Numbered from the stretch's first letter, positions 37,739 to 50,590 are shown. The stretch: DNA of 64,000 nucleotides from Azolla caroliniana (GCA_043228905.1 JBHGNT010000012.1:5890001-5954000); one strand, 5' to 3'. Notes: a model not told the origin generated them from the letters alone. Program-made: numbers and translations.

Positions 37739-38863
37739 ATGGAGTCCGTGAGCAAACAAGAATACATGCGTGTTCTTTTTGAGCTCAACATGCTCACGAA
37801 TAAATTTGTGGCATTAGAGCATGAGAATCAAAGGCTACTTGGAGATCTACAACACGTGGGCGCCGAAAAAGCTCAACAATATGAAGAGTTATCACAGTGG
37901 ATTCATCAACTCGAGCCGATTATATTGTCATTATGTGAGCAAGCGTCGGGGGCTCAAAACTCCCCTAGAGAGCCAAAGATCAGCCTCCCTGCCAAGTTTG
38001 ATGGTACGAGGTCTTTATTTCGAGGCTTTTTGAATCAAGTTCGTCTAGTTATTCAGCTACATCCCAATCGGTATCCAACTGATGCTGCTCGTGTGGGATT
38101 AGTGGGAACTTTGCTATGTGGTACGGCATTAGCATGGTTCGCACCATTTCTCGAGAAGAAATCACCATTGCTGGAGGATTTCGAGGCATTTGTTAAAGAG
38201 TTTCAAACTAGTTTCGGAGACACCGACAGCACTAGGACAGCGATAAACAAGATTCGAAGGCTCCGACAAGGAGATCGTCCCGCGTCATCTTATGCAGCCG
38301 ATTTCTGTCTCTTGGCATGCAATATCCCTTGGGATGAGGCAGCTTTAATGGATCAATTCCGTCAAGGTTTGAGAAATGATGTCAAAGATCTTCTTCTTAC
38401 TTTCCCTGAAGATCCGCAGTCACTTACAGAAGCCATTAGTCGAGCTGTGCGATGTGTTAATCGCCTATTTGAGCGACGTTCTGAGCGCCAACAAATGTTA
38501 CGCCGCCAACCTGAGCAGACTTACGCTACTGTAGTCGCAACGCCTCCACAAGTTTCTAGACCCATTACAAGGGATGGCCCAACTCTGATGGAAATAGAGT
38601 CAACACAACGTCGTGGGCCGTTATCAGATGCTGAGAAGCAACGACGTCGAGCGCATCACCTCTGCCTGTATTGTGGCGGTCCAGGACATATAGCTATAAA
38701 TTGTCCACATAAACCTAGGCGTCAAGTATACCAAGTAAGTGCCCATGAAAACCCTACATCGAGTTCTATTGTTACTTCTAATAACATAAATAAGCTTCAT
38801 AGTCCATGCCATGAGAATAGATTCGATGTCTTTAGTCAATTAGAGGATGTGTTAAACGAGTAA
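37739..38863 (+). CDS. Chromovirus Gag, uninterrupted 374 aa (PEG10/sushi-like capsid plus CCHC knuckle)
   Basis: PAKFDGTR..FRGFLNQV, LLCGTALAWF, LRQGDRPASSYAADF, CLYCGGPGHIAINC. Confidence 0.9.
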   Translation: MESVSKQEYMRVLFELNMLTNKFVALEHENQRLLGDLQHVGAEKAQQYEELSQWIHQLEPIILSLCEQASGAQNSPREPKISLPAKFDGTRSLFRGFLNQVRLVIQLHPNRYPTDAARVGLVGTLLCGTALAWFAPFLEKKSPLLEDFEAFVKEFQTSFGDTDSTRTAINKIRRLRQGDRPASSYAADFCLLACNIPWDEAALMDQFRQGLRNDVKDLLLTFPEDPQSLTEAISRAVRCVNRLFERRSERQQMLRRQPEQTYATVVATPPQVSRPITRDGPTLMEIESTQRRGPLSDAEKQRRRAHHLCLYCGGPGHIAINCPHKPRRQVYQVSAHENPTSSSIVTSNNINKLHSPCHENRFDVFSQLEDVLNE

Positions 38864-41800
38864 GTCCGGCCAAAATAGGAGCCATTTGGCTGGACCATCC
38901 TAGCTATGTAGAGTTAGTTCCTAGTCGTGGTTCCATTTCATCAAATCAAGTGAGTCGAGTTTTTTCAACACAAGTCGGGCTTACCACATCTGCATGTCAT
39001 CGAGTCCTAGCCTCTGCCCTTCTAGATTCTGGAGCCAACTCTTGTTTCATGGATCGTGAATTTGCCTTGTCACAAAACATCCTCTTGAATAAGCTTCCCA
39101 ACCCAGTAGCCGTAGGAGTCATTGATGGACGTCCCATAGCATCAGGAGATATAGTCGAGGAGTCCGAGCCAATTAGGATAGTTCTTGGCAATTTGGCAAG
39201 CATAATCTCTTTCAACATTATTCGTAGTCCGGAACACCCAATAGTTCTAGGTCTCCCCTGGTTTGAACTCCATAACCCGAAGATTGATTGGATGAAAAGA
39301 ACAATTGAGGAGACCCGGGAAAAAAGCACAAACCCTGCATCCCTCTCTCCTACATGTGATAATAGATCCCCAGAGTTATCGCCCATCTCTTTACGACAGT
39401 TGCGGGTGGAAGGGGGGAACGAGGCCATGTTCGTCTTCGCAATAATAGCAACTCCATCATCCACTTCACGTGAGGCAGATATTAAACTACCAGAGAAATA
39501 CAAGGAGTTTTCAGATGTCTTTGATAAGGTGAAGGCCAATACATTGTCGGAGCATCGGCCATACGACTGCCCTATTGACTTACAACCAGGGAAAGAACCT
39601 CCATGGGGCCCAATTTATAATCTCTCCCCTGTAGAGCTAGAAACTTTGCAGGAATATATTGATGAGAATCTGGCAAACGGATTCATTCGGCATTCTAGAT
39701 CCCCTGTTGGTGCACCTATCTTCTTCGTTAAGAAGAAGAATGGGGCTCTTCGGTTGGTCGTGGATTATCGAGGGCTAAACAAAGTGACTATCCGGAATAG
39801 ATATGCTCTACCATTAATCCCGAATCTTTTGGAACGTCTAAGTGGTGCAAAATATTTCACGAAGTTGGACCTTCGCGAAGCATATAATCTAGTTCGGATT
39901 CACCCGGGGGATGAATGGAAAACAGCTTTCCGCACTCGCTATGGACATTTTGAGTATACAGTGATGCCATTCGGTCTCACGAATGCACCTGTTGTTTTCC
40001 AACATATGGCGAACGATATTTTTCGAGATTTTCTTGATATCTTCACTATAGTTTACCTAGATGATATTTTAATCTACTCAAAGACCCAAGAGGAGCATGA
40101 TGAACATGTTTGTCAGGTATTGCGTCGACTCCGAGAATATGGTCTCTACGCAAAATTAGAAAAGTGTAGTTTCGGCCAGAATCAAGTGGAATTTTTGGGG
40201 TATGTTGTATCATCAAATGGTATTGCTATGGACCCCATGAAGGTACAAGCAATTTTAGAGTGGCAAACGCCCCTTTCAATGCGTGATGTGCAATGTTTTC
40301 TCGGGTTTGCAAATTTTTATCAAAAATTTATTAAAGATTATTCCAAGGTTGTGCTTCCGCTTACTCAGCTCACACATAAAGATCGACCATTTATATGGAG
40401 TTCAGATGCAGCCGAGGCATTCGAAAGCTTAAAATGAGCATTTACAACGGCACCTATCTTAGCACATGTCGACCCAACAAAACGCTTCATCCTCGAAGCC
40501 GATGCATCCGATTTTGCACTAGGGAGTGTCCTCTCGCAAACTAGAGATGATGGACAACTACACCCTGTTGCCTTTCATTCACGAAAGTTTGAAGCTGCAG
40601 AGATCAACTACGAGATCCATGATAAAGAGCTTCTTGCAATCGTGGATTCATTTCAAGAATGGTGACATTTCCTAGAAGGTTCTTCTCAGCAAATCATTGT
40701 CTACAATGATCATAAGAACCTGACTTATTTCCAAAATGCTCGAGTCTTGAGTCGGCGACAAGCCCGGTGGGCGCAATTTTTGACTCACTTCGATTTTATC
40801 ATCATATATCGCCCTGGGAAGCAGCAAGGCAAAGCAGATGCTCTTTCTCGGCACTCTTATATGGAACTTCGTCCAGGGGAACCTGCATTTGAGCATCAAA
40901 AACAAATCCTTTTGGGTCCTAATCGATTACGATTAATGGTAGTTAACGCCATAACAACTCTTGAAAATTCCACTCTTCTTGATTCCATTCGAGATCATAT
41001 GGCCACTGATGATTTCGCCAAGGATGTTTTGGATCATATCGTCCCAGATCGTGCTTCTTGCTCACGGTCGAAAAATCCTCGTAATGACTATTGTCAGTTC
41101 TATTGGCATGGTGGTTGTCTATTTCGACAAAATTTATTGTATGTTCCTGATGGTCCCCCACGGCTACAAGTTTTGCAACATTGCCATGACTCACCAATGG
41201 CTGGTCATTTTGGAGTTCACAAGACTCTAGAATTAATTTCTCGACGCTATTGGTAGCCTCGCCTTCGGCATTTTGTTGAGGAGTATGTTCGGAGTTGAGA
41301 TATATGTTGTCGATCAAAGAATCCTCGTCACCGACCCTATGGCTTACTACAACCACTTCCCATTCCGGAAACTCCTTGGAAGTCTATATCCTTGGACTTC
41401 ATTACTGATCTCCCTGTTTCAAAAGGTTTTGATGCAATTCTCACAGTGGTTGATCGATTTACCAAAATGGCACATTTCTTGCCATGTACAAAGTCGATTA
41501 CTAGTCAAGAGGCGGCTAATCTCGTTATGCGGGAGGTATTTAGGCATCATGGTTTGCCGGATGATATTATTAGTGATCGTGGTCCACAATTCATCTCAAA
41601 GTTTTGGAAGCACCTGTTCAAACTTCTCCACATTTCAGTTAAGCTTTCTTCAGGCTATCATCCTGAAACAAATGGCCAAACAGAGCGTACCAACCAGACA
41701 TTGGAACAATATCTTCGTTGTTTCATCAACTATCAACAAGATGATTGGGTTGCTTTTTTGCACTTGGCGGAATTCGCTTACAACAACTCAGCCCATTCTT

Positions 41801-42371
41801 CTACAGGATATTCCCCATTTTTCGCAAATACGGGCTGTCATCCTCGGTGGACGATGAATGCGCATCCAGAAGTTCCTATCAACCCTGCCACCGAGGATCG
41901 TCTTAGTCACCTCCAAAAAATTCAAGCTAACATTCTCCACAATTTGCACGATGCTCAATTTACACACAAGAGGCTTGCCGATCGTCATCGTCTAGACTCC
42001 TCAAAAAAGTTCCGCATTGGGGATCATGTATGGCTTCTCCAACACAACATCAAGACTACTCGACCTTGCAGTAAATTGGATTACCAACGTTTTGGCCCTT
42101 ACATGATCACTGGTAAGATAAGTGATGTTGCATTTCGTCTTGACCTCCCTCCGCACATGCATCTTCATCCGGTGTTTCATGTATCCCTTTTGGAACCTTA
42201 TACTACAAGTTCAATTCCGGGCCGACTTACGACACCCCCACCACCTGTCGAGTTCTTGGACGGGCCTGAATTTGAAGTTGCTGCCGTTCTCGATTCTAAA
42301 ATCGTGTGCAACAAGCTGTATTACTTAGTCAATTGGCTAGGTTATACCCCCAATGATCGAACTTGGGATAG
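38851..42371 (+). pseudogene. Chromovirus Pol (PR, RT, RNase H, INT, truncated chromodomain) in the -1 frame, with several premature stops
   Basis: [72 protein letters not shown]. Confidence 0.9.
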
Positions 42372-42828
42372 TGTCATGATAACACTCACATCATGCATCA
42401 AAAGGATCATGACACTCACATTATGACTCGAAAGGATTTGAACCCACAACCTTGTTGTACACATGTCAAATCCTTAACCATTGTATTAATATTCTTATAT
42501 GTATAGTCTCTAGAATATGAAATCTAATATCATAGGAATATTCTATATTACTCTAAATTCTAGAATGACCTAGAATATTCTAGAGTGTTCTATACCACTA
42601 GAACCTTCTAGAATACTCTAGAGATCTTCTAGATTACTCTACATTCTAGGATAACCTTGAATATTCTAGAGTGTTCTCTATTACTTAAGGATCTACCACC
42701 CATCCCAAACCTAAATTGGTTCAACGCCATTTTGTAGCCTACTCTTTGTAATCCATTTTACGCGTCTATATAATAATTCTCTTTCTATCTCTTTTTCTCT
42801 CTTTCTCTCTCTCAGTGTTGACACTGTG

Positions 42829-45800
42829 GTTGACAACGCAACCGTCTTCTATAGCCTCGACTGCCACGAAACAGCTCCCTCTGCATAAGTCATGACATAT
42901 CCGAGTAGACCGGTTGGTATCCGCATCAGCCGACATATCCGAATCCGTGAATCCGTCAAGTTGGGGATTACCGGAGCCAAACCGGAGGCACATACTCGAG
43001 GTGCCTTTCAAATACTAGAGTATCCACTTGACCGCGTTCCAATGCTCTCTTCCAGGATTCCTCATGAACCAGCTCACCACTCCAACTGCATATCCAATAT
43101 CCGAACGAGCACATACCATCGCGTACATCAAGCTTCCGACAGCAGAGGCATATGGTATCTTCATCATATCCGTCTTCTCCACCTTTATCCTCGAACTTTG
43201 TTTTCTAGATAGCTTGCAATTTGCCAGAAGTGTCAATCCGACCGGCTTCGCCTCCAACATGTTGAACCGTTGAAGCACCTTTGTCACATATTTCTCCTAT
43301 GACAACCACAATAGCTTCTTCGTCCGATCCCGAATGATGTGCATTCCCAATATCTGTCTTGCCAGCCCCAAGTCTTTCATTAAGAAGGTCCGGTTCAGAG
43401 CCTTCTTCAGCATTTGTATCTTGACTTGGTCTTGTCTGACGATCAGCTCATCCACATATAGGAGGAGTATTAGGAAATCTCCTCTGTCAAATTTCTTCAC
43501 AAACACGGAGTGATCGGCTTGTGTTTTGTGGTACCCTTGGTCGGTCATGAAGGAGTCGAACTTTCGGTACCATTGCTAGGGAGCTTGCTTCAGTCCGTTT
43601 AGGCTCTTCTTCAGTCGGCACAACGGGTGCTCCTTCCCTTTCTTCTCAAATCCTTCCGGTTGATGCATGTAGATCTCCTCTTCGAGGTCACCATGGAGGA
43701 ATGTCGTCTTGAAGTCCAATTGCTCTACCTCAAGGTCCATGCTTGCCACTATGCCCTATACCATCCGGATGGATGTCATCTTTACTACAGGGGCAAAGAT
43801 CTCATCAAAATCCACTCCTTTCTTCTGCTGGAAGCCCTTCACCACGATCCGAGCTTTGTAACTTGGGGAATTTCCGGTATCTCTCGGTTTCAGCTTGTAC
43901 ACCCACTTTTTCCAGAGTGCTCTCTTCCCTTTCGGCAACTTCGTCAGTTCATACATGTGGTTCTCATGCAGAGAATCCATCTCATCCTACATGGCACTCA
44001 ACCACTTGCGGTTGTGGGTGTCTCTCTTTGCTTCTTCAAAGCTTTCCAGCTCCCCCTCATCGGTTAGCAACACATGCTCTGCATCCGGAAATCTCCGGGG
44101 GAACCTTCTCTCTCGAAGAGGATATCTCCGTCCTTAGCTTCTGACTACCGGTTCCTCCATTTGTTCCGAATCCGAATCCGATTCAGGATCTTGTCCGGTT
44201 CTGGTGTCTTCTTCTTCTTCTTCCGTCGGTTCGGTTTCCTATCCGCTTCCGGTCGGTTCGTCGAGTGTCATCTGGTTACTGGCCATCATCCGGTTTTCAA
44301 CAGGGTAGGTCCTTGTATCCTCAAACTAGTTTTCATTGGATGATCCTGAGTTGATCTTCTTCTTCTCCGACTCCCAGTCGGCAATGGTCTTGTCTTCCAT
44401 GAAGACTATGTCCCGACTCCATAACACCTTCTTGTCGACTAGATCCCACACCCGGTAACCAAACTCATCATCGCCATATCCAAGGAATATGCATGGTCGG
44501 GACTTCGGATCCAACTTTTCTCTCTAGTCCTTCGCCACATGCATGTAAGCGAGACACCCGAACACCTTCAGATGCCGGTAAGATACATCTTTACCGGTCT
44601 TTTGAGGTGAGTTTCCTCCCAAGGGTACTGAGGGTGATCTCTTTATCACATAGGTCGTCGTCGTCAGTGCCTCAGCCCAAAACGTCTTTGGTAACTCGGC
44701 ATGTGCGAGCATGCTCCGAACTCTCTCCATTATGGTCCGGTTCATCCTTTCGGCCAGCCCGTTTAGTTCTGGCATCTTCGACACGGTAAATTTGAGCCGG
44801 ATTCCCTTCGACCAGCAGTACTCCTCGAACTGCCCTCGGTATTCTCCTCCGTTATCTGCTCAAACCGCCTTCAACTTCAAGCCAGTTTCTCTTTCCACTC
44901 TCACGTGGAGCTCCTTGAAGACAGATAACACTTGATCCATCGTCTTCAACGGTGAGACCCACAGCTTCCAGTTGTGGTCATCTATGAACATCACAAAGTA
45001 CTGCGATCCGGCATGTGACTCTGTGTCCACTTGACACACATCGGTATGTACCAACTCCAGTGGTGCATTCCGTCTCGTCGGTGGTCTTGACCGGAAGGAG
45101 GTTCGGTTTTGCTTGCCTGCCAAACAATCGGTGCACTTCTCAAGTTGCACGTCCTTCACTGGAATGAGGTTGTCTTCGGCAAGCCTCTTCATCCCCTTCT
45201 CACTCATGTGACATAGTCTTTTGTGCCACAGCTCACCAGTAGTGTCGGATGCTACATTCACTTCTTCCTGGCATATCCAGGCATTCATCAAGTACAGTGT
45301 GTTGACCTTTCGGGCTCGAGCCACTATTAGGATCCCTTTGCAAAACTTCATAACTCCATTCCGGATGCTACCCGTGTAGCCTTCATCATCTAGCCGACCG
45401 GCTGATATCAGGTTCAGTCGAACCTCCGGAACGTGTTGAACATCCTTCAGCAGCAACTTGCATACGGTTGATGTCGTCAATAGCATATCTCCTATGCCAA
45501 CAATTCACCATGTACCTTCATTCCCAATCCGGACACAACTGTGATCTCCGGTTGTGTAGGATGAGAAGCATCTCCGGTCAAGTGTCAGGTGGAACGACGC
45601 TCCGGAATTGACAACCCACGTTGTCTCATCGCCGACAAGGTTTAACTCATTCTCCCCAGTAATGAGCATCAACTCCTCTTCACTTGTCACAATCGCCGAC
45701 GTTCCTTTCCGATCCAAACCATTTCGGTACGAACTCTTCTTCGAATCAAAGGTGCCAGTTTCTTTCTCTTTCCGGAAATGCCGACAGTTCTTCTGGAAGT

Positions 45801-46524
45801 GCCCCGGCTTCCCACAGTAGAAGCAAGTAGGCCTCCCTCTTGACTTCAACCTCATCCCCAATTTGTCCCGGTTTTGGGGACTCCGATACCGGCCTCTTCC
45901 CCGGTTGTGGTCATCTTCCATGACCAAGGACTTCGGATCAGTTCCGGACTCTCGGTCCTTCCGGCGAGCTTCTTCATCTAGCAAGCTTGATTTTACCCTT
46001 GCTAGGGACAATTGTTTTCCTTCCAGCCCGGCGTTGCCCAACGTGACAACTAACGTCTCCCAGCTATTCGGGAGGGAACCAAGCAGGAGCAATGCGAGTA
46101 CCTCATCAGCAAGAGGTACTTCGAACGAGGTTGCCTGGTGGATCATTCCCTGGAAGGCATTCATGTGCTCCGCCATACTAGAGTCGTCCTGGTATCGAAG
46201 CCTCACTAGCTTCCGGAATACCGAAACCCAATTAATGACATTCTTGTTCTGGAACATGATGTCGATCTTCTCCTAGATTTCATGAGCCTTGCTTTCTTCA
46301 TTGAAGTTATTGTATAGGCTCATGTCGATGAAGCACCGGATGTATGTCGTCGTCTTCATGTGCATCACCTCCCACACTGTGGCATCGATCTTGTCCGGTC
46401 TCTTGTCCCCAAACTGAACCGGCAACCAAAGATCTTTAACCACCAGCATATCCCTCATCTTAGACTTCCACACTGAGTAGTTGGAGCCGGTGAGCTTGAA
46501 CATGCCACCGAACAATTCTTCCAT
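42829..46524 (-). pseudogene. Gag-Pol of Copia C (gag, CCHC, PR, INT, RT), broken by stops and frameshifts; RNase H remainder at 37098-37193 and 29951-30187
   Basis: MEELFGGMFKLTGSNYSVWKSKM, CFYCGKPGHFQKNC, WVVNSGASFH, LWHKRLCHMSEKG, LLLYVD, IPYASAVGSLMYAMVC, LYCDSQSAIHLAKNAAYHSQTKHI. Confidence 0.9.
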
Positions 46525-46836
46525 CTCCTGTGATGTTCGCTCTGATACCAGTTTGTTGAGAATAACGCGGAATATTGCTCGGCCACAACCGAGTCACGAA
46601 TCACTTGATAAGAATCAAAACACAATAATGGGAAGTAGGGAGTGAGCGCACGCACACACACAGACAATAGAGAGTACACAAGATGTTTACGTGGAAAACC
46701 CTAAATGGGAAAAACCACGGGAGTCCACAAGCTCCTAACTATCACTATATAAGAAAGGTACAAACAGAGACTCGGAGGCATTGACCTCGAGCTCTGTATC
46801 TTCGCCAGTCGGCAGTTACAACAGAGTATCGCTCTG

Positions 46837-46872
<36 letters not shown>

Positions 46873-48309
46873 CAACAGTTATGCACATACAACAATATGA
46901 CAACTACATCATCATCTGATTGCCCTAAGTCATATTTATACTTATATGAACTTAGGGCTATTTACAAATATAGCCTCAATAGGCTTACTCAAAAAACATA
47001 TTTACACATATGTCTTCTCATCCGGTTCTTACCCGGGTCCATCCGATCTGGTTTCCGGATCTCTTCCGGTTCTCATCGGGTCTCTTCCAGTTCTCACCGG
47101 GTCCTCTTTATTCATCACCGGATCCCATCCGGTGGGACCGATTTCCCAACAATTCTTTCCTACTATGGCCACTTATCTAATTTTTTATTTTTCTGATTTT
47201 GCATTTTGTAAACAGTGCCAACATGATATTAAGCAAAACAGAAATGCACATAAGACCCTTGTTAACTCGTCCACTAGACCATTGGATCTTGTTCAGACGA
47301 ATGTTTGTGGACCTATGCCCACAAGTTCTTTTGGTGGTGCATTGTATTTTGTCACTTTCAGTGTTGATGCCCCTAGTGGAAAGTTTGGTTTAAATTATCC
47401 GGTTATGGGAAAGGATTGTGTATATACCCTAGTTTCATAAAATGCCTTGTTTTGGTTGAGTTGGAAAAGGGCATAACGCGTACAAGGCTTTATGTTCGGA
47501 CAATGGAGGTGAGTATAATGTTGAGTATCGACCAGCAACAACCGGTTAATACGCTTACGTATGAGGGTGCAAAGAACAAGTCGATACATAGACAAAGTAG
47601 AAAACAGAGAACAGAGACACAGAATGTTTTACGTGGAAAACCCGAAAGGGAAAACCCATGGGGTTCCACAAACCCCGAGAAACAAATCACTATATGTAGA
47701 GAGGAATACAAGGAGACTCGGAGGCAACAACCTCGACCTCGTCTTCGTCTGACAAATGGCGGCAGTGTTACAACTCTCTCTCTCTCTCTCTCTCTCTCAG
47801 TTACAAAGGCAACTACACATTGTAACTATGCAACAATAATGATTATCACACATACATAATGGCTTGCCCTAACAATATTTATACCCATACACTATATGAG
47901 TTATTTACAAATATAGCCCACTAAGGGCACATGGAGGCCATTTACAAATTTATCCTTGAGTCGGCTTTGGCCAACTCGGCTACTGGCCAAATCGATTATT
48001 CGATTTCGGTTAGTCGATTCTTCGAGAATTGATTTTCGGCTTTGGTCGAGTTTACGTATCAATTCCATTCCATTCAACTCGTGCTCTTCCCATCCGGAGG
48101 GACCTGTTTTCCCAACAAACTCCCCCTTCACTCGGCATGGGGTGCTTCGTCAATTCGACCCAGCTCACAACACCATTGTCAACATATCTGATCTGTTCCT
48201 CCGATGTCCGGATCTTCATCATAGCAAACTTCTTTTCTTCTACTCACTCTTGGAGCCAGTGGTATCTCCTCTGGATGTGCTTGGTCCTCGAATGGTGGAC
48301 GAAATTTTT

Positions 48310-48720
48310 TGTTGGGAATATGTCCCTCTACTGGGAGGAAGAACCGACTGAACAGAAAGCCGACAATCGATGACAAGGAAGATCCGACTGTTCAGAAAGC
48401 CGACAATTGAAGAGTCGAAAACAATGAGTCGATTGTTTGAAGATTCGACTATTCTTATTATAGTCATAATAATGATGATGATGTTAGGAAACAGGTATCT
48501 CGGATGGGGAGAGAGAGGAGTCGAGTTGATGAGGGACTCGGCTGATGCCGATAGGCCTTGGCCGAAACCAGAATTGTGTATATAGCCAACTCGGGAGACT
48601 ATAATTGTAAATAGTCTAAGTGTGGGCCCCATGAGGGCTACGTATGTAAATAGCCAGAAAGTTGTGTAAGTACATATAAAACTAGAGCAAACTTTAATAG
48701 TGATGAACAGTAGTTGTGCA

Positions 48721-48752
<32 letters not shown>

Positions 48753-49906
48753 AGTGAGAGCCACGCCATAGCTGTGTGTGTAACAGCAAACGTGAAGAGC
48801 CCCGTGTGGCTGATGCACTCGTGAGAGAGTGTTGTAATCTTCTCTGTATTGTATATCCACTATTTGTATAGTGAAGTTCTGTTCACCCGTGGTTTTTCCC
48901 GTTTTAGGGTTTCCACGTAAATCTCTGTGTACATCTTGTTTATCTTGTCTTCCTGGCATTTTGTGTGATTTGTATTTCAGCGTTGTCATAGTGTAATTCA
49001 CACACTACGGGAAAATTGCATTTTTGTTCCTCCGGATGGGACAAGGAGGACCCAGTAAGGAGGACCCAGTGAGAACTGGATGAAGGAGGAACCGGTAAGG
49101 AGACCCGGTGAGAGCTAGATGAAGGATGGAATCGGTAAGGAGGAACCGGTGAGAACCGGATGAAGGATGGAATCGGCAAGGAGGAACCGGTAAGGAAACC
49201 TGGTAAGAACTGGATCAAGCAAAACCAGCAAGAGCCGGATAAAGAAGGCCGGTGAGAGTCTCTCACCGGATGAAGAGACAAATTTGTAAATAGAAGAAAA
49301 GATTGTTGCATGCATAGGGCAGGATTCGAACCCTGTTCCTCCATGTTAACAATTTTTAAGCCTTACCACTATACTAACATATTATGAATTTTAAAGTTAT
49401 ACTAAACTTTATCCCATGTAAATATTCTAGATATGCATGGTACAAAAGTTATTCATGCATACACACTCGAGTTAAAAGAAAAGATGGGATAGAAAGCTAA
49501 TCATGCACATGCAATGTGCATGAAAACTAAAGTTAGGAAAAGCATGATGCTTGCATGTGATAAACTTAGACTCTTCCAACACTATATAAGGAAGAGAGAA
49601 AGATGTATAGGTGTTGTTGATTTTTATAAGGTTTGAATAATATAAAATAATCGTGGGATTCACGATTTTGCCATCTATTTCTCTCTTACAATCCAAGTAT
49701 CAATTAGTACACTATACTCGTGGGATTCACGAGTTTCATATCTTCTTCTTGCAATCTCTTCCTAACTAACATTATCTCATATTCTTCTTTCTCCTAGTCC
49801 AAAACCCCAGCGGTTCCCACCCAACTCACGCAAACGATCCGGCACTGAAAGGCACGACAACGTGTAATCTATTTATTGTGATTTATTCCACAACAATTTC
49901 TTGACA
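48310..49906 (+). mobile_element. Copia-type solo LTR in the RNase H of E, itself interrupted at 48984-49859
   Basis: TGTTGGG...TTGACA, TSD TTTTT; excision restores IAKNFVHHSRTKH of E; (GA)n and GTGGTTTTTCCC..GGGTTTCCACGT motif shared with the C and E LTRs. Confidence 0.8.
48984..49859 (+). mobile_element. Second G-clade-like solo LTR (876 bp) with purine-rich tandem repeats at 49040-49250
   Basis: TGTCAT...CACGACA, flanks GCGT / ACGT (4-bp TSD, one mismatch), 3' motif GTCCAAAACCCCAGCGGTTCC like the G-clade LTR end. Confidence 0.65.
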
Positions 49907-50590
49907 TTTTTCGCAATGTGGATGACACTTTGGTTGTCACAATGGAGTCGGAATTCTTCTTGTCGAATTCCCAGCTCACCAATAAACTCCTTCATCCATA
50001 TGAATTCCTTGTTGGCTTCAATGGCGACCATGTATTTGGCGTCCGTGGTTGACAACGCCATGGCCTTCTACAATATCGATTGCCACGAGACGGCTCCCCC
50101 TACATAAGCCATTACATATCCGGATGTGGACCGGCTAGTATCCACATCAGTCGACATGTCTAAATCGGTATAACCTTCCAATATGGGGTTACTTGAGCCA
50201 ATCGAAGGCGTTTGAGGTGCCTCTCAGATACCAAAGTAACCATTTGACCATTCCCCAATGCTCTCTTCCAGCATTGTTCATATATCAGCCTACTACCCTG
50301 ACAGCGTATCCAATGTCCTGCTTGGTACATACCATCACGTATATCAGGCTTCCGACTGCCGAGGCATAGGGGGCCTTCATCATCTCAACTTTCTCCGCTT
50401 TTGTTTTCGGAAATTGACTTCCAGATAGCTTACTATTTGTCGGCAATGTCAAGCCGACAATTTCGAATTTTGCATGTTGAATCTTTGGAGCACCTTTGTC
50501 ACATATTTCTCTTGTGACAACCATAGCAGCTTCTTTGTTCGATCCCGAACAATGTGCATCCCCAAGATTTGTTTTATCAGACCCATATCC

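Larger units (their letters stand above)
37194..42823 (+). mobile_element. Ty3/Gypsy chromovirus (Tcn1/Tf1-sushi-like), 5630 bp, inserted in the RNase H of C; LTRs 37194-37651 and 42372-42823
   Basis: LTRs TGTCATGAT...TTGACA, 5-bp TSD CTGTG (37189-37193 / 42824-42828), chromodomain start FEVAAVLDSKIVCNKLYYLVNWLGY. Confidence 0.95.
8743..47151 (-). mobile_element. Full-length Ty1/Copia element C (~5.25 kb native, 38.4 kb with four nested insertions); 5' LTR 46554-47151, 3' LTR 8743-8884 + 28343-28772
   Basis: Matching LTRs TGTTGAGAATAAC...TTCCCAACA, 5-bp TSD ATTCT (8738-8742 / 47152-47156), PBS iMet 46539-46550, PPT 28773-28783. Confidence 0.95.

Noticed and set aside
49310-49385. Functional tRNA gene (also 29326-29397 and 37252-37312)
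   Set aside because: No acceptor stem or anticodon arm; only promoter-box remnants
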